Positions 46,419-56,253 of a stretch of 64,000 bases of DNA are shown piece by piece. The DNA lies in contig CBDETK010000013.1 in the NCBI GenBank assembly GCA_965242865.1, positions 3,744,001 to 3,808,000 of the forward strand, read 5' to 3'. Numbering within the stretch: position 1 is the stretch's first letter; each line of letters opens with the position of its first letter. This DNA comes from Candidatus Latescibacterota bacterium. Lineage in GTDB: Bacteria; Latescibacterota; UBA2968; UBA8231. The position numbers and the translations under genes were made by a program. The notes under the pieces are model-generated. The model saw only the letters and a list, made by a program, of their open reading frames with translations, did no database searches and had not been told where the DNA came from.

Positions 46419-48217
46419 AAGACGCCGTGAAAAAGCTAAAAGGCCAAACGCGCACTGCGCCGCCGCTCTGGGCGGTCTTGCAGCGACGCCTGATCGACGC
46501 TATCGACGAGGCGGCACCGATCTTTTTGCAAAAGTACACCCGCCCCGGCGGCAGCCTGATATGGATGGAAGAATACCCTGGCGACGGGGTCTGGGCCGAC
46601 GACCTGTACGAGGCATTCTTCAATTGGCCTCACTACTATGCCCTAGGCGGCAGCGAGTACACAGGCGTCAAGGCCCTAGAGGAGTGGAACGCCATTACTC
46701 GGCAGCTAGAGCACGACTACGGCCGCGTCACCCGAGAGTTTATCAACGACGACGACTGGTTCCACAACGCCGAAAACTACATCTACTTCTACCACTTGGG
46801 GATGGCCGATCCGACCAACGCGGACACGCGCCGCCGGGCGCAGCGATTTGCCGGATTGTACTTAAACGACGACCCAGCCGTGCCCAACTACGACCCTGAG
46901 CACCGCATCGTGCGCTCGCCCTGTAGCGGCAGCAAGGGGCCGCTCTTCCAAATGCGGCGCGGCGAAATCCACTACGACCTCACCCACGGTCACGCCACGC
47001 TGGGGCCGGGCTTTGATTTGCCCGCGAACTGGTGGGAAGACCCGGCGACCAAACGCCGCGTTGAGGAGCGATTTGACCAAGTGGTTATGCAGGGCGACGT
47101 GACCGTCAACCTAGGAGTCACCGCACTGGTGGCAACCGCGTTTCTCCACACTGGCGAAGCGCGGTATCGGGCGTGGATCGAGGAATACGTGGGGGCGTGG
47201 ATCGAGCGGACCGAGGCCAACGGCCGCATCGTCCCGGACAACATCGGCCCCAACGGCATCGTCGGGGAGATGCGCCAAGGGCAATGGTGGGGTGGGCTGT
47301 ATGGCTGGACCGGGCGCTATGGACACGGCATGATGGCCCACGCGATCACCGCCGCGGCAGAGGCCGCGCTGTTGGTCACGGGCGAGACCCGCTACTTGGA
47401 CCTGCTCCGCATGCATCTGGACGCGCTAGTTGAGCACGGCGAGGAGGAAAGGGGGCGGCGGCTCGTGCCCTACAAGCACACGGATGACGGTTGGACCGAC
47501 TTCAACCCGATGGACCCCAATGCGCCGATCCACTTGTGGGCGGCGTCTATGGAGGCGCGGGATTGGCAGCGGCTGGAGACCTTGCGCCGAGGGGCCGAAG
47601 ACGAGTGGAGGCAGGTGGGGCCGCGCGGCCCGCGCTCGCTCGACGACCGCGCTTGGACCCGCTTTCTCGCTGGCGAGTTCCCGGATTACCCCGAGCGCAT
47701 CTTGCAGGCCAACTACCGAGAGGTCTGCGACCGCACCGCCAAGGTCCTTGCCGACGAGCAGGATCTCACCAAGCTCAACGTGCATTGGTGGCAGCAGGTC
47801 AACCCGGTGGTCACCGAAGCCTTGGTGCAGCTAACGACCGGCGCGCCCCAGACCATCTACTGGGGAGGGCTGGCACAAGGGCGGGTGCGCTATTTCGATG
47901 GCGAGCAGCAACGGCCGGGGTTGCCCCCGGACGTAGCAGTGCTGGTGACCGGCCTCAGCCGCGAAAGTGCGGAGTTGACGTTGGTCAACTTGAGCGCGAG
48001 CTGCACTCGGCAGGTGATCGTCGGGGCTGGCAGCTTTGGGGAACACTGCTTTGGCCGGGTGCGAGCGGGCGACGAGGCCCTCGACGTGGATAGCCCCTAT
48101 TTCCACGTCGAATTGGCACCGGCCAGCCAAGTCGAGTTGTCGCTCGCCATGCGGCGGTACTGCCGGCAGCCCAGCTTTCGCCTGCCTTGGCACGGCGACG
48201 AGGTGCCCCAGCGGTAG
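46415..48217 (+). CDS. Hypothetical protein, possibly an (alpha/alpha)-barrel lyase/hydrolase
   Basis: 600-aa ORF with host-like codon use; DDLYEAFFNWP, DWFHNAE, VPDNIG..WWGGLYGW, NPVVTEALVQ. Confidence 0.6.
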   Translation: MKDAVKKLKGQTRTAPPLWAVLQRRLIDAIDEAAPIFLQKYTRPGGSLIWMEEYPGDGVWADDLYEAFFNWPHYYALGGSEYTGVKALEEWNAITRQLEHDYGRVTREFINDDDWFHNAENYIYFYHLGMADPTNADTRRRAQRFAGLYLNDDPAVPNYDPEHRIVRSPCSGSKGPLFQMRRGEIHYDLTHGHATLGPGFDLPANWWEDPATKRRVEERFDQVVMQGDVTVNLGVTALVATAFLHTGEARYRAWIEEYVGAWIERTEANGRIVPDNIGPNGIVGEMRQGQWWGGLYGWTGRYGHGMMAHAITAAAEAALLVTGETRYLDLLRMHLDALVEHGEEERGRRLVPYKHTDDGWTDFNPMDPNAPIHLWAASMEARDWQRLETLRRGAEDEWRQVGPRGPRSLDDRAWTRFLAGEFPDYPERILQANYREVCDRTAKVLADEQDLTKLNVHWWQQVNPVVTEALVQLTTGAPQTIYWGGLAQGRVRYFDGEQQRPGLPPDVAVLVTGLSRESAELTLVNLSASCTRQVIVGAGSFGEHCFGRVRAGDEALDVDSPYFHVELAPASQVELSLAMRRYCRQPSFRLPWHGDEVPQR

Positions 48218-48312
48218 GGCCGCAATTTCCGTATAGGCTCTTAAAGCGCAAGCCTCCAATCAACCGGATCGTCAATTCGCCTAAGCATCCAATCTAAACT
48301 GGAGACTGGACT

Positions 48313-49059
48313 GTGGACCAAGCCGACCGCGATTTCTTTGCCGCAAACGGCTATCTCAACCTAGGGCAGGTGCTCGCCGCCGACGAGGTGCAATACTTCC
48401 GCGCCCTGTTTGACGGGGATATGGAAAAGTATCCCTACTTCTGGCATCGCTACGGCTACCACCAACACGCCAACTACGAGGCGTTGATCACCTCGCCGCA
48501 GTTCGACGAGTTGATTCGCCACCCCCAGCTATACCCGACGATCGAGGCCCTGATGGGCGGGCCGCTCTGCTTTGGCGAAATCGGGCTGCGGCTGATGCGA
48601 GCCTACGACGGTCCGTTGCACCAAGGTTGGCACCGCGACCGGCCGCATTGGGACGAGCATCCGTTCCGCATGGACTACGTCCAACTCATGGTCTATCTGA
48701 CCGACGTCAACGAGGGAACGCATTGTTTTTCCCTGTCCCCAGAATCGATAAGCCAGCCGGTGCTCAAAGACCAAGAAAGACAGCTCAAGCGGGGCGGCGA
48801 GTACCACTTGCACGGTCCGGCCGGGACCTGTGCCCTGTTCAACGTGGCGGTCCTGCACACGGCCACGACGCGGCCCACGCCAGTTGAGCGGCGGACGGTG
48901 CAGATTTACTATGGGCATCGCCGCCGGGCACCGCTGGCGAACGACTCGACTATTCCGGCGGCGTTTTGGCGGGATAGCGAAGATGCAGAGACGCGGGCTT
49001 TTTACGGAGTTTTGAACGAGCGCACCAAGGCGTATCTGGCGGCATTCCCCGGAGCTTGA
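48313..49059 (+). CDS. PhyH-family dioxygenase
   Basis: FAANGY, WHRD (HxD), VYLTDV, LHTAT, RRTV. Confidence 0.85.
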   Translation: MDQADRDFFAANGYLNLGQVLAADEVQYFRALFDGDMEKYPYFWHRYGYHQHANYEALITSPQFDELIRHPQLYPTIEALMGGPLCFGEIGLRLMRAYDGPLHQGWHRDRPHWDEHPFRMDYVQLMVYLTDVNEGTHCFSLSPESISQPVLKDQERQLKRGGEYHLHGPAGTCALFNVAVLHTATTRPTPVERRTVQIYYGHRRRAPLANDSTIPAAFWRDSEDAETRAFYGVLNERTKAYLAAFPGA

Positions 49060-50231
49060 CCCATTCCCTTCCTTTCGGGCGGGAGATTTTGCACACCCCC
49101 CTGTTGCATATCGCACCCACGGATCTGGTGGACATTGCAGTCGTTGGTTTGCTGCTTTGGGGCCTAGTGGCTTGGACCCGCCGGGTGCATACGCGGATGG
49201 CCCTGCTCGGCTTGGCTTTTCTGGGCGTCTTCTACCTGCTAGCGCAGCAGTTTGAGTTGCAGCTAACAGCTTGGCTCTTCCAAGGCTTTTTCGCGGTGCT
49301 CGCGGTGCTCGTGGTGGTAGTTTTCCAAGACGATTTGCGCCGGCTCTTTGAGCAGATCGCCGCGCTCGGGCTGCGCCGCAAGGCTCCGCGCCCCGATCCC
49401 TTAAAGTTGGGGGCACTGATCAGGGGCTTGCGTCAGTTGGCCGCCAAAAAGCGCGGGGCCTTGGTGGTCCTGCCGGGGCGCGAGCCAATAGAGCGGCACC
49501 TGCAGGGTGGGGTCTCTTTGGACGCGAAGATCAGCGAAGAACTCCTCGACAGCCTTTTCGACCCCGGTTCGGCTGGGCACGATGGGGCGCTGGTGATGCA
49601 CAACAACAAGGCCGCCCGCTTTGGGGTGCATTTACCGCTTTCCGAGAACAGGGACGAGTTGAAGGGGGGCAGCACGCGACACGCTGCCGCGTTGGGCCTA
49701 GCCGAGCGCAGCGATGCCCTGTGTCTGGTCGTCTCAGAGGAGCGCGGCACCATTGGGATTGCAGCGCGGGGACGACTCGAAATTCTGAACGATCCGGACA
49801 ATTTGTTGAGCCGAATCCGCTACCACTTGCAGCATGCGGGGACCGAGGTGAAGGTGCGCCGAGCCGGTCGGCGTTTGGTAGAAGGTCTTTTGTCTTTTGC
49901 CTTGGCCTTGGCTGCGTGGTTGATCCTCGTACCGGGCGCGACGTTTGAGGAAACAGCACTCCAAGCACCCGTAGCCGTGGAGAACATGCCCGAGGGATAT
50001 GTGCTAGAGGGCGTCAAACCTCCAGCGGTGGAGGTCGCAGTGGCCGGGTCGCGGCGGGCGATGTTTTTGGCGAGCCATGCGGACTTCCAAGTAGTCGTTG
50101 ACGCCAAGCTGGTCGAGTGGGGGCGGCGGACCTTTGAGGTATCCGCCCAGTCCGTGCGCCATGCAACCGAATTGCAGGTCAAAAGCGTCGAGCCAGAGAA
50201 GGTAAAACTAGCCGTGCGTAAAGCGCGCTGA
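49056..50231 (+). CDS. dacA: Diadenylate cyclase CdaA fused to a YbbR/CdaR-like domain
   Basis: N-terminal TMs, VVFQDDLRR, GALVV, HDGAL, TRHAAALG, VVSEERG; extra TM and C-terminal P..V.V YbbR-like segment. Confidence 0.8.
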   Translation: MTHSLPFGREILHTPLLHIAPTDLVDIAVVGLLLWGLVAWTRRVHTRMALLGLAFLGVFYLLAQQFELQLTAWLFQGFFAVLAVLVVVVFQDDLRRLFEQIAALGLRRKAPRPDPLKLGALIRGLRQLAAKKRGALVVLPGREPIERHLQGGVSLDAKISEELLDSLFDPGSAGHDGALVMHNNKAARFGVHLPLSENRDELKGGSTRHAAALGLAERSDALCLVVSEERGTIGIAARGRLEILNDPDNLLSRIRYHLQHAGTEVKVRRAGRRLVEGLLSFALALAAWLILVPGATFEETALQAPVAVENMPEGYVLEGVKPPAVEVAVAGSRRAMFLASHADFQVVVDAKLVEWGRRTFEVSAQSVRHATELQVKSVEPEKVKLAVRKAR

Positions 50232-50337
50232 AGACCGCCCTTCGATGGGCCGCTCGTTTGCCGAATGCAGCCAAAATCCATACTTTGCTATACCTCTAAA
50301 TGCCCTACCATTCACCTTTCATCCCGCGGGAGTTCCA

Positions 50338-50583
50338 ATGGCCAAGTCGATGTTTTCTCGGGAAGTCGCTCTCAAGTTGGAGGGCGAAATCAACGCCTTT
50401 CAAGCCTGTCGCAGCCTGTCGCAGCGCGCACGCGACATTAACACCGAACGCAAAGTGCGAGAAGCCGAAAGCCCCATTTCCGAGGAAGAGCAGCCCAATT
50501 CGTCGGCCAGTGCCATGCTAGATTTTGCCGAGGGGCGCATCGTCCTCATGCCGGAAGAGAGCGCGGACTCAGACGAGATCTGA
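50338..50583 (+). CDS. rpoZ: RNA polymerase omega subunit-like protein
   Basis: 81 aa; NAFQACRSLSQRARDIN and AMLDFAEGRI resemble omega conserved helices. Confidence 0.55.
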   Translation: MAKSMFSREVALKLEGEINAFQACRSLSQRARDINTERKVREAESPISEEEQPNSSASAMLDFAEGRIVLMPEESADSDEI

Positions 50584-50685
50584 TTCGCCGCGGCCCGCCT
50601 CCTCGTGGGCCTTGCTGGCTCCCCAAAAGCCGAGCTAACAGGGAGCTTTCACCCACAGCGCGAACCCCCCTGTAAAGGAGGCGTC

Positions 50686-51624
50686 ATGGACCTCAAAAAA
50701 AACTGCTGTCCCCGCCGCCGCTGGGGCAAAACCGAGCTTTCCATACCCGTAATCCCATTCGGGACGCAGGGATTTGGCGGTCACTTCGGGCCGGTCAGCG
50801 ACGAAGAGGCCATGGCCCTGATGCGCCGGGCCGTTGATTTGGGCGTCAATCACTTTGACTGCGCCCGCTGCTACGGCGACTCGCTCCGCAAGCTGGGCCG
50901 AGCGCTCAAGGAAGGCGTCATCGCCCGCCGCGAGATCATCATCAGCGGGCGCGTATGCTGCCACAGTGCGGCTGCGTGGGGCGGCTACGGCGAGGGCCGG
51001 CCCGACTACTCGGCTGCGCGGGCTTTGGCCGATGTTGAAGACCAGCTAGAAATTTTGGCGATCGACAAATTTGACGCGCTCTTCCTCCACGACCCGCCCG
51101 AAGTGGAGCCGACCCTTGAGGCCGGCGGCGCGCTCGAAGGGCTGGAACGGGGGCGTCAGCAAGGCGTCGTGGACTTCATCGGCTATGGCATGAGGCCCCA
51201 CGACTTGCACCTCGCGCATATTGCTTCGGGCCGCACCGACGCGATGCTGTGTTTCAGCGACTACAACTTGCTCCGGCAGAGCGCGGCCGACGCCATCCTG
51301 CCAGCGGCCGCGGCCGCCGACCTTGGCGTCCTCAATGGCTGGTCGATCATGCGCGGCTGGCTGACGGGCGCGCCGGTGGAGAGCTTCATACCACGCGACA
51401 AGTGGGGCGAAGACCAGCAACGGGCCGAGGCCATGCGCTTGTGGTGCGGCGAGCAGGGCATCGACATGCTCGCGTTGACCTTGCAATTTTGCTTGCGCGA
51501 AAACCGAATCCACGGCAACCCAATCGGCTCGTTGAACATCGAGCAGCTAGAGCGGAACGTCGTGGCCGCCCTGGCCCCTATCGCGGACGACACCATCGCC
51601 GCATTTAGGGCCGCGGCCCTTTGA
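50686..51624 (+). CDS. Aldo/keto reductase
   Basis: GVNHFDCARCYG, LFLHDP, NIEQLERN; AAGGAGG RBS. Confidence 0.85.
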   Translation: MDLKKNCCPRRRWGKTELSIPVIPFGTQGFGGHFGPVSDEEAMALMRRAVDLGVNHFDCARCYGDSLRKLGRALKEGVIARREIIISGRVCCHSAAAWGGYGEGRPDYSAARALADVEDQLEILAIDKFDALFLHDPPEVEPTLEAGGALEGLERGRQQGVVDFIGYGMRPHDLHLAHIASGRTDAMLCFSDYNLLRQSAADAILPAAAAADLGVLNGWSIMRGWLTGAPVESFIPRDKWGEDQQRAEAMRLWCGEQGIDMLALTLQFCLRENRIHGNPIGSLNIEQLERNVVAALAPIADDTIAAFRAAAL

Positions 51625-51643
51625 ACAGGAGCAACCTACGCGG

Positions 51644-52414
51644 ATGAGTGCTGCTGAAGAGTACTACGCGCAGACGATGGAGCTATTGCACCGGCTGCGC
51701 GATACCCAGATGGCCTCTATAGACCGGGCCGCCGAAATCTGCACCGAGAGCATTGCCAACGGCGGCTTAGTCTTTCTCTTCGGCGCAGGGCACTCGCGGA
51801 TGATGTGCGAGGAAATGACGCCGCGCCAAGGGTGCTTCGTGGGATTTTTTGCGTTGGTCGAGCTCGCGGTATCGACCCATGCGTCGATTGTCGGCACCAA
51901 TGGATTGCGCGGCCCGCTCTTTTTGGAGAAGTGCGAAGGCTACGCCGAGGAAATCCTCCAAGGATTTGAGTTCGGGCCGCACGATGCCTTCATCTTGATC
52001 TCGACGAGCGGCATTCGCCCCCTAATCGTCGAGATGGCCATGGGGGCTAAGGCGCGGGGCCTGCCCGTAATCGCCATGCTGTCGAAGCCGCACGGCGACC
52101 AGTCGCCGCCCGCGCACTCGTCGGGCAAGAAGCTGATGGATCTGGCCGATGTCGTCCTCGACAACCAATGTCCGCCGGGGGATTGCGTACTGGAGCTGGA
52201 GGGATTGGAGTGGCGGACTGGGCCGGTATCGACGGTGACCGGCGCGATGATGATGAACATGCTGCGCTGCGAGGTGGCGGAGCGGTTGTTGGCGCGGGGG
52301 ATCAAGCCGGAGCTATTGCCGAGCCATCAGTTCGTGGGCAATGCCAGTGCGGAAGAGCAGCTAGCGCGGTTTTACGAGGGCTACCGCAAGAGCCTCAAGC
52401 ATTTGTACGCGTAG
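51644..52414 (+). CDS. SIS-domain sugar isomerase
   Basis: FGAGHS, ISTSG, HSSGKKL..DVVLDN..PGD, GPVST. Confidence 0.85.
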   Translation: MSAAEEYYAQTMELLHRLRDTQMASIDRAAEICTESIANGGLVFLFGAGHSRMMCEEMTPRQGCFVGFFALVELAVSTHASIVGTNGLRGPLFLEKCEGYAEEILQGFEFGPHDAFILISTSGIRPLIVEMAMGAKARGLPVIAMLSKPHGDQSPPAHSSGKKLMDLADVVLDNQCPPGDCVLELEGLEWRTGPVSTVTGAMMMNMLRCEVAERLLARGIKPELLPSHQFVGNASAEEQLARFYEGYRKSLKHLYA

Positions 52415-52442
52415 GGGCGATCCGCCTCCAATCCACTGAACC

Positions 52443-53222
52443 GTGGGCACTCTCGAAACCAAGGTTTGTCTGATCACCGGCTCCACCGGCATTGCAGCCG
52501 CCACGGCTCTGCACGCCGCTGAGGAAGGGGCCAAGGTCTTTGTCGTCTCGCGCACGGAAGCCCATTGTAGGGCACTGGCCGCACAGTTGGGTCGCCAAGG
52601 AGCGCATCGGGCCGCGGATCTGACCCAGCCGGAGCAGGTGGCCGAGGCCGTGGGGGCCTGCGTGGAGCAATGGGGGCGGATCGACGGGTTGTTCAATGTG
52701 GCGGGGATCAGCGGCCGGCGCTTGGGCGATGGGCCGCTGCACGAGTGTACCGAGGCAGGGTGGGACGCGACGCTGGACGCCAACGCCAAGAGCATGTTTT
52801 TGGCGTGCCGCACCGTGCTACAACAGATGTTGACCCAAGAACTGTGCGAAGATGGCGTGCGCGGGGCCATTCTCAACATGGCCAGTGTGTTGGCCTTTGC
52901 GCCGGAGCGGAGGTTTTTTGCCTCGCATGCCTATGCGGCCAGCAAGGGGGCGATTGTGTCCCTGAGCAAGGCCATGGCCAGCTACTACGCGCCGCACGGG
53001 ATTCGGGTCAATGCCATTGCGCCGGCACTGGTGGAGACCCCCATGAGCAAGCGGGCTGGAGAAAGCGCGGAAATCATGGCGTTTATGCGCGACAAGCAGC
53101 CGCTCGGAGCGATGATGAGCGCGGCGGATGTGGCGGGGATGGCGGTCTTTTTGCTGGGGGACCGAGCGCGGGCCATTACCGGGGCCGTAGTTCCCGTAGA
53201 TGCGGGTTGGTGCGTAAGCTGA
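52443..53222 (+). CDS. SDR family oxidoreductase
   Basis: ITGSTGI, NVAG, YAASK, IRVNAIAP, ITG..VDAG. Confidence 0.9.
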   Translation: MGTLETKVCLITGSTGIAAATALHAAEEGAKVFVVSRTEAHCRALAAQLGRQGAHRAADLTQPEQVAEAVGACVEQWGRIDGLFNVAGISGRRLGDGPLHECTEAGWDATLDANAKSMFLACRTVLQQMLTQELCEDGVRGAILNMASVLAFAPERRFFASHAYAASKGAIVSLSKAMASYYAPHGIRVNAIAPALVETPMSKRAGESAEIMAFMRDKQPLGAMMSAADVAGMAVFLLGDRARAITGAVVPVDAGWCVS

Positions 53223-53237
53223 CGAGGAGAGGGCACT

Positions 53238-54215
53238 ATGAAAGAATACGTCATTGGCTTTGACGTGGGCGGCACTCGGGTCAAAAGCGGCGCGGTGACT
53301 CGGCGGGGGCGGATGCTGGCGCCGGGCATCAATCCGTCGGGTTTTGCGCTGGGCATGGGCAATTTGCTCAAGACGCTGCAAGGAGAATGTGCGCGGATTT
53401 CCGAGCAGGTCGGCGGCAAGCCGCAGGCCATTGGCTTGGGCTTTCCCGGGGCCGTGGATCCCGAGGTCGGCGTGGTGTACATGCCGGGGAAGATCAAGGG
53501 GTTGGAGGGCTATCCCATTGTCAAACGGCTGGCCAAGGCCACGGGGATTTCGGTCGTCGCCGACAACGATGGTCGCATCTCCATCTATGCCGAGCGACAC
53601 TACGGCCTAGCGCGGGATTTGGATTGGGCGGTGACCATCACCCTCGGCACGGGCGTTGGCTCTGGGGTTTTGCTGGACGGCAAAATTCTGCGCGACCCCC
53701 ATCTCCAGTTCGGGACCCAGATGAGCCATATCGTCATGCAGGCGCTGGGGGGGAGGCTGTGCCTGACCAATGCCCGGGGCACCGCCGAGATGATGTGCTC
53801 GGCCACGGCCCTGACTCAGCAGGTGCGGGACGGGCTGGCGCGCGGCATTCCCTCGGTCTTGAGCGACCCGTACTTCAAGGACCCCAACGCCATTGACTTC
53901 AAGGCGGTGATCCGCGGCGTGGTGCGTCGGGACCGGCTCTGCGTGGACGAGTTGGAGCACTGGACCCGCAATCTGGGTTGGCTGCTGGTCAGCGCGGTAC
54001 ACGTGTACGCGCCCCAGCGGATCATCCTCAGCGGCGGGGCTACCAATGCGGCCAAGCACTTTCTCGAGCCGCTGCAAACGCAAGTGAACGAGCACTTATT
54101 CCGCCATCCGGCCGGCGCAGGAGTGCCGATTGTGCTGTCCAAGCTGCGCGACCACGCTGGCGTTTTGGGGACGGCGGCAATCGCTTGGGAACGCGCCGAT
54201 GGAGAAAAGACGTGA
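53238..54215 (+). CDS. ROK family sugar kinase
   Basis: GFDVGGT, GFPG, DNDG, TLGTGVGSG, ILSGG. Confidence 0.85.
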   Translation: MKEYVIGFDVGGTRVKSGAVTRRGRMLAPGINPSGFALGMGNLLKTLQGECARISEQVGGKPQAIGLGFPGAVDPEVGVVYMPGKIKGLEGYPIVKRLAKATGISVVADNDGRISIYAERHYGLARDLDWAVTITLGTGVGSGVLLDGKILRDPHLQFGTQMSHIVMQALGGRLCLTNARGTAEMMCSATALTQQVRDGLARGIPSVLSDPYFKDPNAIDFKAVIRGVVRRDRLCVDELEHWTRNLGWLLVSAVHVYAPQRIILSGGATNAAKHFLEPLQTQVNEHLFRHPAGAGVPIVLSKLRDHAGVLGTAAIAWERADGEKT

Positions 54216-55240
54216 AAGAGCAACCCCTGCGGACCACCGTGATCGGCTCCTACCCCTTCCCGAGCTGGCTCGAACACGCGGCTGAGCACCTCGATGCTTT
54301 TGGGCCGGACGACATCGCCGAGATGCAGGACGACGCGGTCGTTGCCGCGGTCGGCGACCAAGTGCGCGCCGGGTTGGACGTCGTCACCGACGGCGAGCAA
54401 ACCCGTTTTGATTTTAACCTCTCCTTTTACGGCTATCTAGAAGGCATCGACCTAGAGTCCGCCCCGCCTAGACGCTTCGGCCCGCCCGCCCACGACCAGC
54501 GTGGGCGTCATGCAATCACTGGCCCGCTGCAAGCACCGCACGGCTTGGGGGCCGTGGAGGAGTTTGCGCGGCTCAAGCGGTTGGCACCAGCAGGGCCAAC
54601 GCTCAAGGCCAGCGTGCCGGGGCCTTACACCTTGAGCGGCCGCTTGGTCCCCAACGGCCAGTACCCAGACCGCTGGGCCGTGACCGAGGCGTTGTTGCCG
54701 ATGGTGCGGAGCGAGTTGGAGGCACTCTGTGCGGCGGGTTGCACGGAATTGACCGTTGATGAGCCGTCGATGAGTTGCTATGCCCACCGCGAGGATCCAG
54801 CGCGTTTTGTCGATATCTTCAACCGCACGGTCGAAGCCGTCGTGGGCCAGTGCCGGCTCTCGACCCACCTGTGCTTTGGCAATTACAAGGGCCGCGCCGT
54901 GGGGCTGCGCCGCTACGCACCCATGTTCCCGGCGTTCTTGGACATGCAGGTCGATGAGATGCACGTTGAAATGGCCAGCCGCGAGTTCGCCGAGCTGGAG
55001 ATCATCACCCCGATTGCCGAGAACATGGACGTGGCGGTGGGAATCGTCGATGTGAAGAGCTACTACATAGAAACCGTAGAGGACATCGCGGCGCGGGTGG
55101 AGGCGTGCTTGGAATACGCGCCAGCCGACAAGCTCGCCTTTGCGCCCGATTGCGGGCTGAGCCAAACGGCGCGCTGGGCGGCGCGGCAGAAGCTAAAGAA
55201 TATGGTGGCTGGGGTGCGCGCCGTGCGGGCGAAGCTGTGA
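54212..55240 (+). CDS. Cobalamin-independent methionine synthase II family (single-domain MetE-like)
   Basis: TTVIGSYP, VTDGEQTR, VDEP, Zn ligands HLCFGN, E and APDCGL. Confidence 0.85.
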   Translation: MKEQPLRTTVIGSYPFPSWLEHAAEHLDAFGPDDIAEMQDDAVVAAVGDQVRAGLDVVTDGEQTRFDFNLSFYGYLEGIDLESAPPRRFGPPAHDQRGRHAITGPLQAPHGLGAVEEFARLKRLAPAGPTLKASVPGPYTLSGRLVPNGQYPDRWAVTEALLPMVRSELEALCAAGCTELTVDEPSMSCYAHREDPARFVDIFNRTVEAVVGQCRLSTHLCFGNYKGRAVGLRRYAPMFPAFLDMQVDEMHVEMASREFAELEIITPIAENMDVAVGIVDVKSYYIETVEDIAARVEACLEYAPADKLAFAPDCGLSQTARWAARQKLKNMVAGVRAVRAKL

Positions 55241-55323
55241 GCGGATTGCCAACGCGGAGGAAGCAATGAGCTATAAACCAGTGGCGGTGATATGGGAAAG
55301 CGGGAGGGGAGGGGCCAGCCGCC

Positions 55324-56253
55324 ATGCCTGATTTGACTAAAGCCGCGCAACGCCGAGCAAAAGCCTCATTCTCGAGCGCATTACAGAACTTTGTCCAGAA
55401 AATGAGGGAGCATGTTAGCGCAGAGGACGGAGCATGGACTGTTAAGGGCTTCATCGACATTTACCGGAATATCTATACCATTAGCCCAGACACAAAAATT
55501 ATCTCAAAGATCCTCGAAATCCATCTGTTTCCCCAGATTCTTGAGTTTGCACAGGAACATGGCTACTCGATCGTACTGGCCGAGCATCAGAATTGGTATC
55601 CCGATCTAAGTTTCGTCAGCCAAGAGAATCTAAACCTCAAGTTCGCGGTTGATTTGAAGACGACGTATCGAGCCCTTGAGTTTCCTGGACATGTCAACGG
55701 ATTCACGCTCGGAAGTCACGGAGCGTACTTTAAAGACCGGACATCAGAAAAAAATATCCAGTTTCCATATAGCGACTATTCGGGACACTTTTGTCTCGGC
55801 ATAATCTACACCCGAGCTGACGCCAAAGCTATTGACGAGACTGAAGTCATCAACGTTCGCGAGCTCGATGAGGACAAAGTACGTCCTCATCGCCCAGGGC
55901 AACGAGCTGTAACGACAGTGGAAAATCTCTGCTCTATTGCGTCGGTGATCAAGGATTTTCAATTTTTCGTCTGCGAAAAGTGGCAACTGGCCAGTGATCG
56001 ACAAGGCTCTGGAAATACGGCTAACATTGGATCAATTACTGCCATTGACGACATTTTACAAGGGAATGGAATTTTTGCGAAGCTAGGCGAGGATTGGTTT
56101 GACGAATACTGGATGAACTACGGTGTTACAAAAATGAAGAAGGGCGGAAAAGCGATAGCAATCAAAAGGCTGGAAGACTTCGTCGCCTTCAAAGGAGGCG
56201 ACAAGGACATGGTTGTCCCTGTCAAAAAGAAGATAAGAGAGAAGAGAACGTGA
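55324..56253 (+). CDS. Type II restriction endonuclease, EcoRV family
   Basis: DTKIISKILE, HQNWYPD, VDLKTTY, FTLG, KNIQFPY, GSGNTANIGS; lower GC. Confidence 0.85.
   Translation: MPDLTKAAQRRAKASFSSALQNFVQKMREHVSAEDGAWTVKGFIDIYRNIYTISPDTKIISKILEIHLFPQILEFAQEHGYSIVLAEHQNWYPDLSFVSQENLNLKFAVDLKTTYRALEFPGHVNGFTLGSHGAYFKDRTSEKNIQFPYSDYSGHFCLGIIYTRADAKAIDETEVINVRELDEDKVRPHRPGQRAVTTVENLCSIASVIKDFQFFVCEKWQLASDRQGSGNTANIGSITAIDDILQGNGIFAKLGEDWFDEYWMNYGVTKMKKGGKAIAIKRLEDFVAFKGGDKDMVVPVKKKIREKRT

Noticed and set aside
48214-52440. GTAGGG...GCCTCCAATC after stop codons at about 48214 and 52411 (possible GTAG REP)
   Set aside because: No convincing palindrome and different spacing; too weak.
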